Below are positions 1-13,159 of a DNA stretch of 64,000 nucleotides, piece after piece. Source of the DNA: Squalus acanthias (Eukaryota); NCBI GenBank assembly GCA_030390025.1, contig CM059432.1, positions 62,002,001 through 62,066,000 on the forward strand. Direction: 5' to 3'. The translations under genes were made by a program, and so were the position numbers. The first letter of the stretch is position 1; each line of letters begins with the position of its first letter. The notes under the pieces were generated by a model, which was given only the letters and a program-made list of their open reading frames with translations, ran no database searches and was not told the DNA's origin.

Positions 1-530
1 CTGCTTATCTACCTCCATACCTTTTAATCTATTTTTCCAATCTACCTTAGCCAACTCGCCCCTCATACCTATGTAATTGGCTTTATTTAAGTTTAAGACT
101 CTAGTTTCGGACTTGGGCAAGTCACTCTCAACATTAACTTGAAATTCTATCATATTATGATCACTCTGCCGCAGAGGATCCTTTACTATGATATTGCTAA
201 TTAACCCTGTCTCATTACACAATACAAGATCTAAAATAGCCTGTTCCCTGGTTGGTTCCATGACATATTGTCCTAGGAAACTGTCCCGAATGCATTCCAT
301 GAACTCGTCCTCCAGACTATCTTTGCCAATTTGATTTGTCCAGTCTATATGAAGATTAAAGTCCCCCAAGATTATTGCATTACCTTTGTTGCAAGCTCCT
401 ACTATTTCTTGATTAATATTCTGTCCAACGGTATAGCTACTGTTAGGGGGCCTATATACTACTGCTGCCAGTGTTTTCTGCCCCTTGTTATTCCTTATCT
501 CCAGCCATACTGATTCTACTTCCATGATCT
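1..530 (-). mobile_element. CR1 LINE fragment (ORF2 endonuclease region), truncated by the window start
   Basis: Minus strand reads IILGDFNL-type APE motif around 355-375; frame disrupted. Confidence 0.7.
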
Positions 531-2213
531 GATGCCTACAAAACACAATTATTACAGTCACAGTTATAAATCAGTCTTGCAATCATTAGCACGTCGATTA
601 AGTACATACATTTCAAGCAACAATGATGCAGACCAAGAAAACAGACATTGTAAAGAAAGCTACAGTTTAACATCTAATCAACAAATCATGGACTTAAAAG
701 ATTCTCCAGATCTCTCTTACTCGTATCCATCTTGTGGATGATTCTTGCTAAATTTATTTCTCCTTAGCCTTCAATTGTCCCAATCCAAATCCTATGTCAC
801 TTTTTACTTAAATTTTAATCCCTCTGACAGGTACCAGTGTGTTTAACTCTATCGTGATTGTTTCATTAATTAGATAATTTCTCGATGGAGTATGTGTCAG
901 TGCTTAAAGTTGTCTCATTCTCCTGAGCCACATTAACCATTTCATGTCTTGCTGTTGTCAAGTAACTGAGCATGTCTGAGACCCGTTCTTCAGTGCAAAT
1001 TCACCATGTATTTCCGCATGCTAATTGCTTCATACGTAACAAATCACTTCTGCACTCACCCACTGGTATCCCAATATCATGCCACACGTACCATCCGATA
1101 CAAGCCATTCTTGGGCTTTCAGGTGATCTCATCAAAAGATCGTAGTCACCTGGAGATCTTTGCTCATCTCCCTCTGCATGGTCCCGATGTCTCGGGTAGT
1201 GACCAGGGTATCAAATGCAGTTTTCGTAAAGTTCATAGGCAAGGACACAAAACTATCAATTTACTATTCTTAACTGCACTTTCATGACTTTCACTAGAAT
1301 GTACATTAATACCAGATTGCACCCAGGTGATTTATGCCAAGTCGCTTAAGAAAATGATTCCCATTTAGTGGTGTAATGAAACATTTCCTGTTTCTATCTG
1401 CATTGTAAGTGGGGCATCCCATTAATTACTATTCATATCTCATTCATGAACCCTGGAGGAACTTTACTGTCCAATACAATAATAAAGATAGAAAACATAG
1501 ATTAAACATTCCCACTTGGTCCAAGTTATTAACTTTTTTTAATTCTTTATAACCCGCTATATTGTGCCTGAGTCCATGTTATCATTTCAAACTTATCCCA
1601 AATCCAAACAGCAGTATTATTGGACTGACAGGTTTTGTCAATGTTCAATTTTATTTCCCCACAAACTTTCTTCTTTAATACACAGCAATTGGTAGGACCA
1701 CCTCGACTGCTTTACACCAGTTTCTTTAATGAAAATTTTTATATTCCCTTAAACTTCAGTTAGATTTTCCTTTCTCGAGTGCTTGAAACAATTTATCTCA
1801 TCAATTTCATAAACAGGCTTGCTGGTTTACATGGTGTTTTAACATTAGAGACAGAAGTACTCGCAATTAGTTTACAAGATAACTTCCATATAACAAAAGA
1901 AAGTTGAGAATCCATTGTGGCCCTGCTTAAGAGCCCAAGGGATTAATTTGTCAAATCATAATTTTCTATCTGTCACCATGGGAAAATATTCACTTAAAAT
2001 TAAGAAACTTAAATTAATAATGTTCAATATATAAATTTCATTCAGCAATACTAAAGTTGTTGCTTGGTGAACTTAAAAAAAAAACTGTCAGTGGAAAGGG
2101 TTAACTCCTTTGCAGGTTTATAAGAAGGTGGAGCAAATATTGTCAGACGCACGCAATTGTGTCACTTCACGTAAAAAAAAATTTTTTTAATGTTCCCGAT
2201 CGAAAAAGACAAT

Positions 2214-2924
2214 GGCCCAGAAATTGATCTCGCTCTGTTCCCGCGGGGGTAAGGCATCCCCGCGATCTCTCACTCCGCTTGTGCTTTTTCAGATCCAGCT
2301 CGCACGAACTTGATGTTCCAGACATCAGCTGGGCAGTGCTTGCGTATCCCACCGGCGTAGTGAATTCGTGCGAGCTGTGGGATCACGTGACTCAGTTAGA
2401 GCCAATGGCAGCACACCATCTTCCATTCATAAGTTTCATATACGTGCTGTGAAATCTATGAATCTTACACCCCCCCCCAAAATAACAGCTAAACCTCAAT
2501 TAAATTTTTTTTAAAAACCATCACATTAATAAAATAAGTATAGTTAAATAAATTAACCATTTTAAATAAAAAATTAAATTTTTGAAAAAATTTAAAATCT
2601 TTTAAAAAGTTATAAAAATAAACTTACCTGTCTTTAAAGTCTCTAAAAAAGATATACCTGTTAAAAAAAATTCAAAAAAATACTTAATTCACTACTTACC
2701 TCCTTTTTCCATTTCTAAAATCTTCCGTACTTACCTGCGCGTCCAAAGCATGAAGTGCACAGCGTGCGCGCAGCCTGTAGCGCGCACGCGATGCACCGAG
2801 GAACCGCCCCCTTTTCAAAAGACCAAGTGCCGGTTTTCAGCGCATGTGCAGGGCATGCAGAAAACCGGCAATTGGAGTGGGAATACGCTGCGTACTCTCG
2901 CGTCGCGGGATGAATTTTTGGCCC
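2214..2924. mobile_element. Non-autonomous PIF/Harbinger-like MITE
   Basis: Imperfect TIRs ggcccagaaatt / aatttttggccc; 3-bp AAT on both flanks (2211-2213, 2925-2927); CpG-rich ends, AT-rich core. Confidence 0.7.
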
Positions 2925-3140
2925 AATAAATTGGCGCTTGGTTCTTTTTAGAAGTCTTTCTACCTTCAGAACTTCCTTAGGAATTAAAAATCCATTAAAA
3001 CAGCTGAAATCATTAGTAAAACTATCATTACTATAGCAATTTAATTTTTATGTAATTTTGCTCTGCACAATATTCTGAAAATACATTTTCTTTGCAATGT
3101 AAATCAACTTCCTATCAAAGAAACAAAGAAAGAACTTGCA

Positions 3141-6100
3141 TTTTATTCGTTCATGGGATGTACGCGCCGCTGCCAAGGCCAGCATTTATTGCCCATCCCT
3201 AATTGCCCTCGAAGGTGGTGGTGAGCTGCTGCCTTGAACTGCTGCAATCCGTGTAGTGAAGGTACTCCCACGGTGCTGTTAGTTAGGCAGTTCCAGGATT
3301 TTGACCCAGCGATGATGAAGGAATGGCGGTATATTTCCAAGTCTGGATGGTGTGTGACTTGAAGGTAGTGGTATTCCCATGCACCTGCTGACCTTGTCCT
3401 TCTAGGTGATGGAGGTCGCTTGCTTGGGAGGTGCTGTCGAAGAAGCCTTGACGAGAAACTGCAGCGCATCTTGTAGATGGTGCACACTGCAGACATGGTG
3501 CGCTAGTGGTGGGAGTTAATGTTTAAGGTAGTGGATGGGGTGCCAATCAAGCGGGCCTGCTTTGTCCTGGATGGTGTTGAGCTTCTTGAGTGTTGGAGCT
3601 GCACTCATCCAGGCAAGTGGAGAGTATTCAGTCACACTCCTGACTTGTACCTTTTATAGATGGTGAAAAGACTTTGGGAGTCAGGAGGTGAGTCACCCGC
3701 CACAGAATACTCTGCCTCTGAACTGCCCTTCTAGCCACAGTATTCTTGTGGCTGGTCCAGTTAAGTTTCTGGTCAATGGTGACCACCAGGATGTTGATGG
3801 TTGAGGATTTGTCACAGGTAATGCCATTGAATATCAAGGGGAGGTGGTTAGACTTTCTCTTATTAGAGATGGTCATTGCCTGGCACTTGTGTGGCGCGAA
3901 TGTTACTTGCCACTTATCAGCCCAAGCCTGAATGTTGTCCAGGTCTTGCTGCATGTGGGCACGGACTGCATCATTATCTGAGGAATTGCGAATGGAACTG
4001 AACACTGCAATCATCAGCGAACATTCCCACTTCTAAACTTGTGTTGGAGGGAGGGTCATTGATGAAGCAGCTGAAGATGGTTGGGCCGAGGACACTGCCC
4101 TGAGGGACACCTGCAGTGATGTCCTGGTGCTGAGATGATTGTCCTCCAACAACCACAATCATCTTCCTTTGTGCAAAGTATGACTCCAGCCAGTGGAGAG
4201 TTTTCCCCGATTCCCATCGACTTCAATTTTACTAGGGCTCCTTGATGTCAAGAGCAGTCACTCTCCCTAAACCTCTGGAATTCAGCTCTTTTGTCCATGT
4301 TTGGACCATGGCTCTAATGAGGTCTGGAGCCGAGTGGTCCTGACTGAATCCAAACTGAGCATTGATGCGCAGGTTATTGGTGAGTAAGTGCTGCTTAATA
4401 GCACTGTCAACGACACCTTCCATCACTTCGCTGATGATTGAGAGTAGGCTGATGGGGCGGTAATTGGCTGGATTGGATTTCATAGAGTCATAACGGCACA
4501 GAAGGAAGCCATTCGGCTCATTGAAACCGTGCCAGCTCTCTGTAGAGCAATTAAGTCAGTCCCATTCCCCGCTCTATCCCCGTAGCCCTGCAAGTTTATT
4601 TCCCTCAAGTGCCTATCCAGTCTCCCCTTGAAAACATTGAGTGTCTTCGCTTCCACCACTTCCGTCGGCAGCGAGTTCCAGGTCCTCACCACTTGCTGTG
4701 TAAAAAAGTTTTTCCTCACATCCCCCCTGTATCTCTTGTCCAGAACCTTAAATCTGTGTCTCCTAGTCCTTGTACCATCAACTAGTGGGAACAGCCTTTC
4801 CCCGTCTAGCCTATCCAAACCCGTCTTAATCTTGTACACCTCTATCAAATCACCCCTCAACCTCCTTTGCTCTAATGAAAACAAATCTAGCTTCTCCAAC
4901 CTGTCCTTGTAGCTAAGATCCCCCATCCCCAGAACCATTCTGGTAAATCTCCTCTGCACCCTCTCGTGCCTTCACATCCTTCCCAAAGTGTGGTGACCAG
5001 AACTGGACGCAATACTCCAGTTGTGGCCTAAGCCAGCGTTTTATAAAGGTTCAGCATAACTTCTCTACCTTTGTACTCAATACCTCTATTTATGAAGTCC
5101 AAGATCCCATATGCTTTGCTATCCACTCTCTCAATATGTCCCGCCACTTTCAGGGACCTATGCATCTTAACTCCCAGATCCCTCTGTCCCTGCACACTCT
5201 TGAAAACTGTGCCATTAAATGTATATTGCCTCTCCCTGTTCCTTCTGCCAAAATGTATCACCTCACACTTCTCTGTATTAAATTCCATCTGCTACTTGTC
5301 TGCCCATTCTGCTAGCCTTTCTATATCCTGTTGCAGTCGATTGGTATCATTCTCACTTTTTGCCACACCCCCAGGTTTGGTGTCATCTGCAAATTTAGAA
5401 ATTCTACTCTGTATTCCAATATCCAGGTCATTATATTTTATATCTCAAAAAAGCAGTGGCCCCAGCACTGACCCTTGGGGAACACCACTGTCTACCATCC
5501 TTCAGTCTGAAAAACAGCCATTTACCACAAGTCGCTGTCTTCTGTCCTTAAGCCAATTCCTTATCCAAGCTGCCACTGACCCACCTATTCCATGCGCCTC
5601 AATTTTGTTAACCAGCCTTCTATGTGGTACTTTGTCAGGATTTGTCCTGCTTATTGTGAACAGGACATACCTGAGCAATTTTCCACTTTGTTGGGTAGAT
5701 GCCAGTGTTGTAGCTGTAATGGAACAGCTTGGCAAGAGGCATGGCTAGTTCTGGAACACAAGTCTTCAGCACGACAGCTGGGATGTTGTCGGGGCCCATA
5801 GCCTTTGCTGAGCCTGTGCGCTCAGTCGTTTCTGGATATACATGGAGTGAGTGGAATTGGCTGAAGACTGGCTTCTGTGATGGTGGGGACCTCAGGAGGA
5901 GGCCGAGATGGATCATCCACTCGGCACTTCTGACTGAAGATGGTTGCGAACGCTTTAGCCTTGTCTTTTGCACTCACATGCTGGGCTCCGCCATCATTGA
6001 GAGTGGGGATGTTCATAGAGCTTCCTCCCATTAGTAGTTTAATTGTTCACCACCATTCATGACTGGATGTGGCAAGACTGCAGAGCTTTGATCCAATCCG

Positions 6101-7280
6101 TTGGTTGTGGGATCGCTTAGCTCTGTCTATAGCATGCTGCTTCCGCTGTTTAGCATCCATGTAGTCCTGTGTTGTAGCTTCACCAGGTTAGTACCTCATT
6201 TTTAGGTAAGCCTGGTGCTGCTCCTGGAATGCTTTTCTATATTCCTCATTGAACCAGGGTTGGTCCCCTGGCTTGTTGGTAATGGTAGAGTGAGGAATAT
6301 GCCGGGCCATGAGGTTCCAGATTGTGGTGGAATACAATTCTGCTGCTGCTGTTGATGTCCACAGTGCCTCATGGATGCCCAGTTTTGAGCTACTTGATCT
6401 GTTCTGAATCTACCCCATTTAGCATGGTGGTAGTACCACACAACACGATGGAGGGTATCCTCATGTGAAGAAGGGACTTCCTCTCCACAAGGACTTGTGC
6501 GTTGGTCACTCCTAGCCTACTTGACCTCATCCTCACTATTCTACCTGCCGCAGGCCCAGTCTGGCAGCTATGTCCCTTAGGACTCGGCCAGCTTGGTTAG
6601 TATTGTTACTACCGAGCGACTCTTGGTGATGGACATTGAAGTCCCTCACCCAGAGTAAATTCTGTGCCCTTGCTACCCTCATTGCTTCTTCCAAGTGGTG
6701 TTCAACATAAAGGAGTACTGATTCATCAGCTGAGGGAGGGTGATGGAGGAGTCTGGGACACTGGCTGAATGGTATGATTGTGTGAGTATGACTGTCAGGC
6801 TGTTGCTTGACTAGTCTGTGGGTCAGCTCTCCCAATTTTGGCACAAGTCCCCAGATGTTAGTGAGGAGGACTTTGCAGGGTCGACTGGTATTGGTGTGCC
6901 TTTGTCGTATCCGAATCTGGTGCCTAGGTCGATGCCGGGTGGTCCGTCCAGTTTTATTCTTATTGCTTTTCATAGCAGTTTTGATACAACTGAGTGGCTT
7001 GTTAGGCCATTTCAGAGGGCAGTTGAGTCAACCACATTGCTGTAGGTATGGAGTCACATATAGGCCAGAGCGGGTAACAGCAGCAGATTTCCTTCCCTAA
7101 AGGACTTTAGTGAACCAGATGGGTTTTTATGACAATCCGGTAGTTTCATGGTCACCATTAATGATAGCTTTATATTCCAGTTTTAGTTAATTAATTAAAT
7201 TTCCCGGCTGCCATGGTGAACTCGTGTTTCCGACCTCTGGATTACTAGTCCAGTAACATAACCACTATGCTACCATACCC
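3141..7280 (-). mobile_element. CR1-group LINE 'family B' (tRNA-like head, APE+RT), near full length, decayed, interrupted by a CR1 at 4481-5637
   Basis: Minus-strand pieces TNIWGLVPKLGEL, DFNVHHQE, KAMGPDNIP, NYRPISLLS, GVPQGSVLGP, FADD; 3' end ...catgaacgaataaaa. Confidence 0.9.
4481..5637 (-). mobile_element. 5'-truncated CR1 LINE nested in the family B LINE
   Basis: RT C-terminal ORFs (DKVPHRRL, QRRFTRM, RRLRGDLIEVYK); ggattt TSD at 4475-4480 and 5638-5643. Confidence 0.9.
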
Positions 7281-7717
7281 CTTTTGACGTGTAGTCACTG
7301 ATGTAATGTATATAAAAGTGCTATTTCTGTATTGAAATGTGTCATCTTCCTCTCTGGCACTCTTTCATACTCTCTTTCTGTCTATGTTTGGCATCTCCCC
7401 AGTGGAAATCAATTCTGGTATTTTTTTTTTAAAGTAAAACTAGCTTGTTTATACATTCATATGTAAGATGAAAATAAAATGCACAGTGCAAAGCTGTATC
7501 CTATTTTATTCCAATTGTGAAGAATTTGTAAGTAGATTAGGAAATTTTCTTTAATTGTACAATCTAACAATTGCACTATTCTAATTTCATGTAACCTCTA
7601 AGGTGTTTCATCAGGATTTAGTACTGTGCACAGATATCCAAAACTTGGTTCTTTCTGAATCTGGTGAGACTAGATTCTTATGTCATCAAATAAAATTGTA
7701 CATTTATTTTTGTTCAG

Positions 7718-7925
7718 GTTATTCCAGTAGAAAGATTGGTTAAAGGTCGCTTTCAAGATAACTTAGAATTCATCCAGTGGTTCAAGAAGTTTTTTGATGC
7801 AAACTACGATGGTAAAGAATATGATCCTGTGCTTGCTCGACAAGGTCAAGATGCAATTCCTCCACCCAATCCTGGTGAACAGATTTTTAATTTGCCAAAA
7901 AAGGCAGCAAGTTCTCCAAGTGCAG
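7718..7925 (+). CDS. MAPRE2: MAPRE2 (EB2) internal exon, end of calponin-homology domain
   Basis: ttcag|GTT..GCAG|gtaat; [62 protein letters not shown] matches recalled EB2; ends phase 1. Confidence 0.95.
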
Positions 7926-10463
7926 GTAATAGCATTACATGTTCGTATATAGTATTTTATTGTCTGTCATATTTAGACTTACCAGTATGCTCGCACCTCT
8001 GCAAGCTCTTCTATTCAGGCCATCTTGTTTACGGTTAACCTTTTCAGTCTTTCTTTTCATAATTCCAGCCTGTTTTATAGCAATCCTACAGGTCACCTCT
8101 GGTGTGTCCATGCTTTGTTGCCACGTGTTCATCTACTTTGTGCTAGCTCTCAATAACATCATCTGCAAACGGGATCCATTTTCACATAAGCACCAGTTAC
8201 AACCACTGCCTCTCTGCTGCCACCAGCATTGTAGGAATGCTTCTGTACTCTCCAGTTGCCTAACTTCAAGTTCTCTGAGTAAAATTTCCTATAACTCAAT
8301 AGTGCTAAAACTGAAGCTACTTGTTTGATTCTCGGCAACACCTGTATGCCTCTAGCATCAACTTCCTTGACTGCCTGCTCAGACTGAGCCTGGTGGTGTG
8401 CAACTTTACCATTCTGTTCAACCTTGAGCTCAACTTTATATTTAACATGTGGGCCATCAGAGAGATCACCACCTTCTACCCCTGTAACATTGCCTACTTA
8501 AGCTTCTACTTCTTCCCACCACCAAACATTGCTGAAATCATTATCTATGCCTTAATCATCTCACAGATTGATTTATCAAATGCTCTTACTTTGCATATTT
8601 TCTTTCTTCCTGCCCTCCCTCCTATTCCAGTCTAGGAAAACAATTACCAATCCAGAGACTTTTCTTTGGACCTGGCCTCGGCCTTCAATGTGTTTATTCA
8701 CTGCCATTAATAGCTGTCCACCTATGCCTATGCATTATTGACATGCTAAGATAATTAGTGGGGAATGTATCAGGATTGTAGCAGTTTTTCCACCAGGATG
8801 GGCCTTCTATAAGAATAAACTATTGGATATCCCAGGTAGAAGGTACAAGACATTCTCAGGATGTGGGAGAAAATGATTTCTGAACAATCTGACACCATTA
8901 GTAGTGAGTAGATGGGAGACAACAAGTGCAACTCAAAATCTACAGTCATTTTCAAGCAGCAGCAAAATGTTTCCAATTGGCTTGATCTTGGGCAGTAGTT
9001 TTGTATGCAAGTCCTGAGGTGTATCTGAGGTACAGGAGACCAATATGAGGTTCCACAGCACCATCTGTTGCTTCAGTGGTTACTCAATGGACACAGTTCC
9101 TTAGTGGTGAATTTGACTTTATTGAAGTGGTGGATGGTCAGGGGAAATGTCATGGCAAATATGTTAGTACTACAACTGTCTCCTGACGTCCATCTGTAAG
9201 GCAGCATGTGGATTAATCCTCACCCACTTTTTTTTAAATTAAAACGGGTGTGCAGTTTCGTAGAATTGCATTAAATTTTTCCCTGAATCCTAAGTTGACT
9301 GTTCCTTGCTTCTAGAGATACTATTTTAATACTGTTGCTCATAGAATGTGAATGATAATTTACTAATTTATTTCTACACATTTGTCCTTAATTCAATTGA
9401 AGAATTATCAATATACCATATTTCTCACCCTCTCATTTGACCTTTGGTCTGGGATTAGCCTCTGATTTTCCCATACTTGCTTTTTAGCCATCATACTATT
9501 AACTTTACATCATATTATTGTACAGTTTTTGCAAGTGTTAAATGTTTAACAAGTGTAACATATGGTTTAACCAATAATTTTAGTTGATTTCCTTCTTTGT
9601 CTATGTGCTATGAGAGATGCCTTTTTGTAGAGCATGGGAAATTATATGAAGAGAATAGGTATCCTTGTAATTTATTGATCATATAATTTAACTTCCCCAA
9701 GTTGCATTCAAAGAATGAGGAATATGTACTCAAGTAATCCAGCTTACCATCAAATGTCACCTGAAAGTATTTAATAAGCACTATGGGTTGACCATGAAAA
9801 TTATATTTTTTCCAAGTGGAACAAGTCACTCATAGAACCTCTAATGACAACTGAGGAAACCAGATTACTGGTCTAGTTCTCAGCCACATATCGTTAAAGA
9901 TGCCAAGAAGAATGAGATAAGAATTTGGTCCACTCCTCCCACCAACCATGAACTGTTTAAATAGTACTTTACAAAAGGGTTAATTTTGATTCACAAAGGT
10001 ATAATCTATTTTGCAATCTGTGGTTGTAAATAGCCATTATTTCCACCTAAATTCTACCGGGCGATTTCCAATGTAATGGGTGAAAAGCTCTGAAAAGAAT
10101 TGAAAGCCTCCTCACAAAACTGGGTAGTATTATAGCACCTTCCATGCAAGGTTTTGTTGCTTATTATTTTAAGTCTGTTTCTTAGAGTAAAAATATTCAT
10201 CCATGGGATGATCTCATAATCTGCAAGAATATCCAGGTTTGAGAAATCAAATTGAGAAAAATCATTCTAGAATTTTGGTTCTCTAACACGAGACATCACT
10301 CAGACAATTTTAATTCCCTATCAAGTCAAAAGAGAACTGCATTGCATACATTGCACTCCAGATTTGTAGATCATATAAACCTGCATGAAAGTGTGACTTG
10401 TGTATCAGAATTTACAATAATTAAAAAGTTGTTCAGGTGGTTCAATTTGTGCCCAAATGGTAG

Positions 10464-10603
10464 GTGCTGCTGCTCCAAAAAGCACTCCATCTCCTAAATC
10501 AGCGTCAACACCATCTAGGCCAACTTCAGCTCAAGCTAGAAAGGCACCAGGAGCAAAAAGTGGTGGTGATGCAGAATCACATATTGCACAATTGAATGAG
10601 CAG
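10464..10603 (+). CDS. MAPRE2: MAPRE2 linker exon
   Basis: ggtag|GT..GAGCAG|gtatgt; (G)AAAPKSTPSPKSASTPSRPTSA..IAQLNEQ; phase 1 to phase 0 fits both neighbours. Confidence 0.9.
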
Positions 10604-12854
10604 GTATGTGGTAGTAAGTCTAAACTTTCCAGTAATCTAATTAGAATTGATGAAGAATATAATCAGAGGTATAGTTGAAGTGGAATCCTGATGAACACAC
10701 ATTCATGGGTAAGGATTTTTTTTGGTGAATAAGATATTTTAGATTCTTTTTCCCCTTTATATTTCCCATGTCAGACTTCAGATGCATTCAGGCCAGCAGT
10801 TCACTACCAGGGCTCTGCTGCTGCTGTTTGTGTGTCATGGGAGTATGTCACCACATGTCCAACCTTGGGATTGATCATCCTCTTCTCCCCCACCTTCCCT
10901 GTTGAGAAGCAAGGTTGTTCTCAACATGTTACTGGAGACTCCTGTCAAGTCCATGGCACGGTCTTTTGGTGTTGTAATGTGTTGTGCACATACTGTAGTT
11001 GACGCTTGGATTGGGATTTCTGTAAACTGCAGATAAATCCAATTTTAATACCACATCACATGATAAATGTTAGTTTGTAATGAAATAAAAATTGATAATG
11101 GGAAATGTTTAATGCTTAGTATTTTTTTTTCTTTGAAGTAGATTTTAGGTTTCACTTAACATCTTTATTTTTATGTGCTGTAGTACCAATTTGGATCTTT
11201 GAAGCTGCTGGATAATATTTATAAATGGGCCAAAATAGGCAAAAATTGATTTTCTTCCTCAAAGCTGTATTTACCAATACCATTATTTATATTTAAAACT
11301 AACAAATTAATGGAGCAGGTCTCGGCTTATGACTCAGTGGCATTTAAAAAGAACTGAACTAATGCAAAGCTGTAAGTAAAATAACATGCATATGATGATA
11401 TGACAAATTACAACTCCTTTGTATTTGTTCCTTCTCAGTTTTCTTAACTTCTGATTTTTAAACAATACATTTATCAATTACCCTAAATGAGGTGGTAGAA
11501 CTTGCATAGACCTATTTCCCCCTCAGAATTGGGCTTGGCCAGTATGCTTGACAGGAAGGAGCCAAGCATAATTGAGATGCTATCCAAAAAGAGGGTAAGT
11601 CCACTAAGCTGCTCTTGTATACCTTCTAGTGATTAGATACACCAACCATATGAAGGAGGTGCTGGCCCTTTTGATCTTTCACCACCATTCCAGAAATTTG
11701 TGGAGGAAAGTATTTGCTTCCTTAACCAGGCCACTAACTACGTTGGTGGTAGTGTGCAATCTAATAACACCCAGATGCATGTTGATATGGATATGTTACA
11801 TAACACCAAACAATTGGCCTGGGCAGAGTTGTCAGAGGAGGTTGGCTCTCTAGACTACAGTATTGTAGGATGTCCAGTTGAATTAGTTATTTTTTGGCCC
11901 ATACCATGATGCCGTAGATTGCCCAGGGTAACCATGAGGGTTGATCCTTTGGTTGCCCAAGGTGGAGGGGGGATGGGGTGGCATCCACTTACAAGGTCTG
12001 GAGTTGTGTTTGGAGTGCATACATAATGGGCAGTGTGATTGACCGAGTGCCAATCACTATATGGCATTTGCTGCATCTTTTAAAACCTGTGATCAAGTAG
12101 ACAGAATACAGACTTAACTAATGTTTTTATTTAAATTTTAACTCTCTCAAAATGACTGCGTATGGTGTTGAATGAGCAGAGAAGAGAGAACTATCACTAA
12201 GATCATTTCTTTTATGCAGCACAGTAGGGTGAATCACGATGTCCCAAACATTGTCATGCAAAATGTATTTTGGAAGATGGGTGGGAGCTGTCACTTTACT
12301 GTTTTTTCTATTGGAAAATTGAATAAAACAGCTTTGTGATTGTACCATAATGTTGGTAACATCATCATGAGACTCGGTCTCCTGCTCCGTATAAGAGCAG
12401 AGTCTCCCCCAGTGGTTTCACATAAATATAGTCTGGGTAATATTGAAGTGTACTGAGGCTGGAATGGATTGTGACACAACACATCTCTGGGTAGCAATGT
12501 GAACCTGGAGAGTGAAACTCATCTAATATATCTCCTTCCAAACCCAATATATATGTTGTAATACACTCCAACCTGTGTGGTTCTTTTATACTGAAAATTT
12601 AGTAGTGATGGCGAGATGTTTTAATTCTCTTTTTGGTAAGTTCTGTTGGTAACAGATGATATAGAGAACAATCTCCTCTGATCAAGTTATCAGAAGTGAT
12701 CTCGGATCTTATTTAACCTGAATATATTGTAATGTTGAATATATGTCTTGAAAATTAGTTGGAATGTTTTGAAAATTTGCAGGTAGAACATTCCTGTGAC
12801 TTTGTGTATGCAATGTATTTTTGCTCCTTTAATTATTTTTCTACCTGTGAGCAG

Positions 12855-13007
12855 GTGAGTTCATTAAAACTCGCACTTGAAGGAGTTGAGAAGGAGAGAG
12901 ACTTCTACTTTGGGAAACTGAGAGAAATTGAACTCATCTGCCAAGAACATGGACAGGAGAATATTGACCTTGTTCAGCGACTCATGGATGTGCTATATGC
13001 TACCGAT
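12855..13007 (+). CDS. MAPRE2: MAPRE2 EB-homology (EBH) domain exon
   Basis: gcag|GTG..GAT|gtatgt; VSSLKLALEGVEKERDFYFGKLREIELICQEHGQENIDLVQRLMDVLYATD. Confidence 0.96.
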
Positions 13008-13087
13008 GTATGTACGGTTTTTACAATTTATTTGCAAAAGCATGTAGAAATACTGTATTTAGTAATATATTTATTTCTAAACTGCAG

Positions 13088-13159
13088 GAGGGATTTGCAG
13101 TGCCAGATGATGGTCAGGTACAGGGTGAAGAACTGACTCAGGAACCAGAAGAATATTAA
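13088..13159 (+). CDS. MAPRE2: MAPRE2 terminal coding exon, acidic tail with EEY
   Basis: After an 80-nt intron, ctgcag|GAG; EGFAVPDDGQVQGEELTQEPEEY TAA. Confidence 0.95.
   Translation, partial: EGFAVPDDGQVQGEELTQEPEEY

Noticed and set aside
5071..5748. 225-aa plus-strand ORF and similar antisense ORFs (27058, 51536)
   Set aside because: Antisense shadows of CR1 RT coding sequence
7718..13159. Assignment as MAPRE1 or MAPRE3
   Set aside because: [19 protein letters not shown] and LKLALEGVEKERD..QEHGQEN match recalled EB2; only the tail is EB1-like
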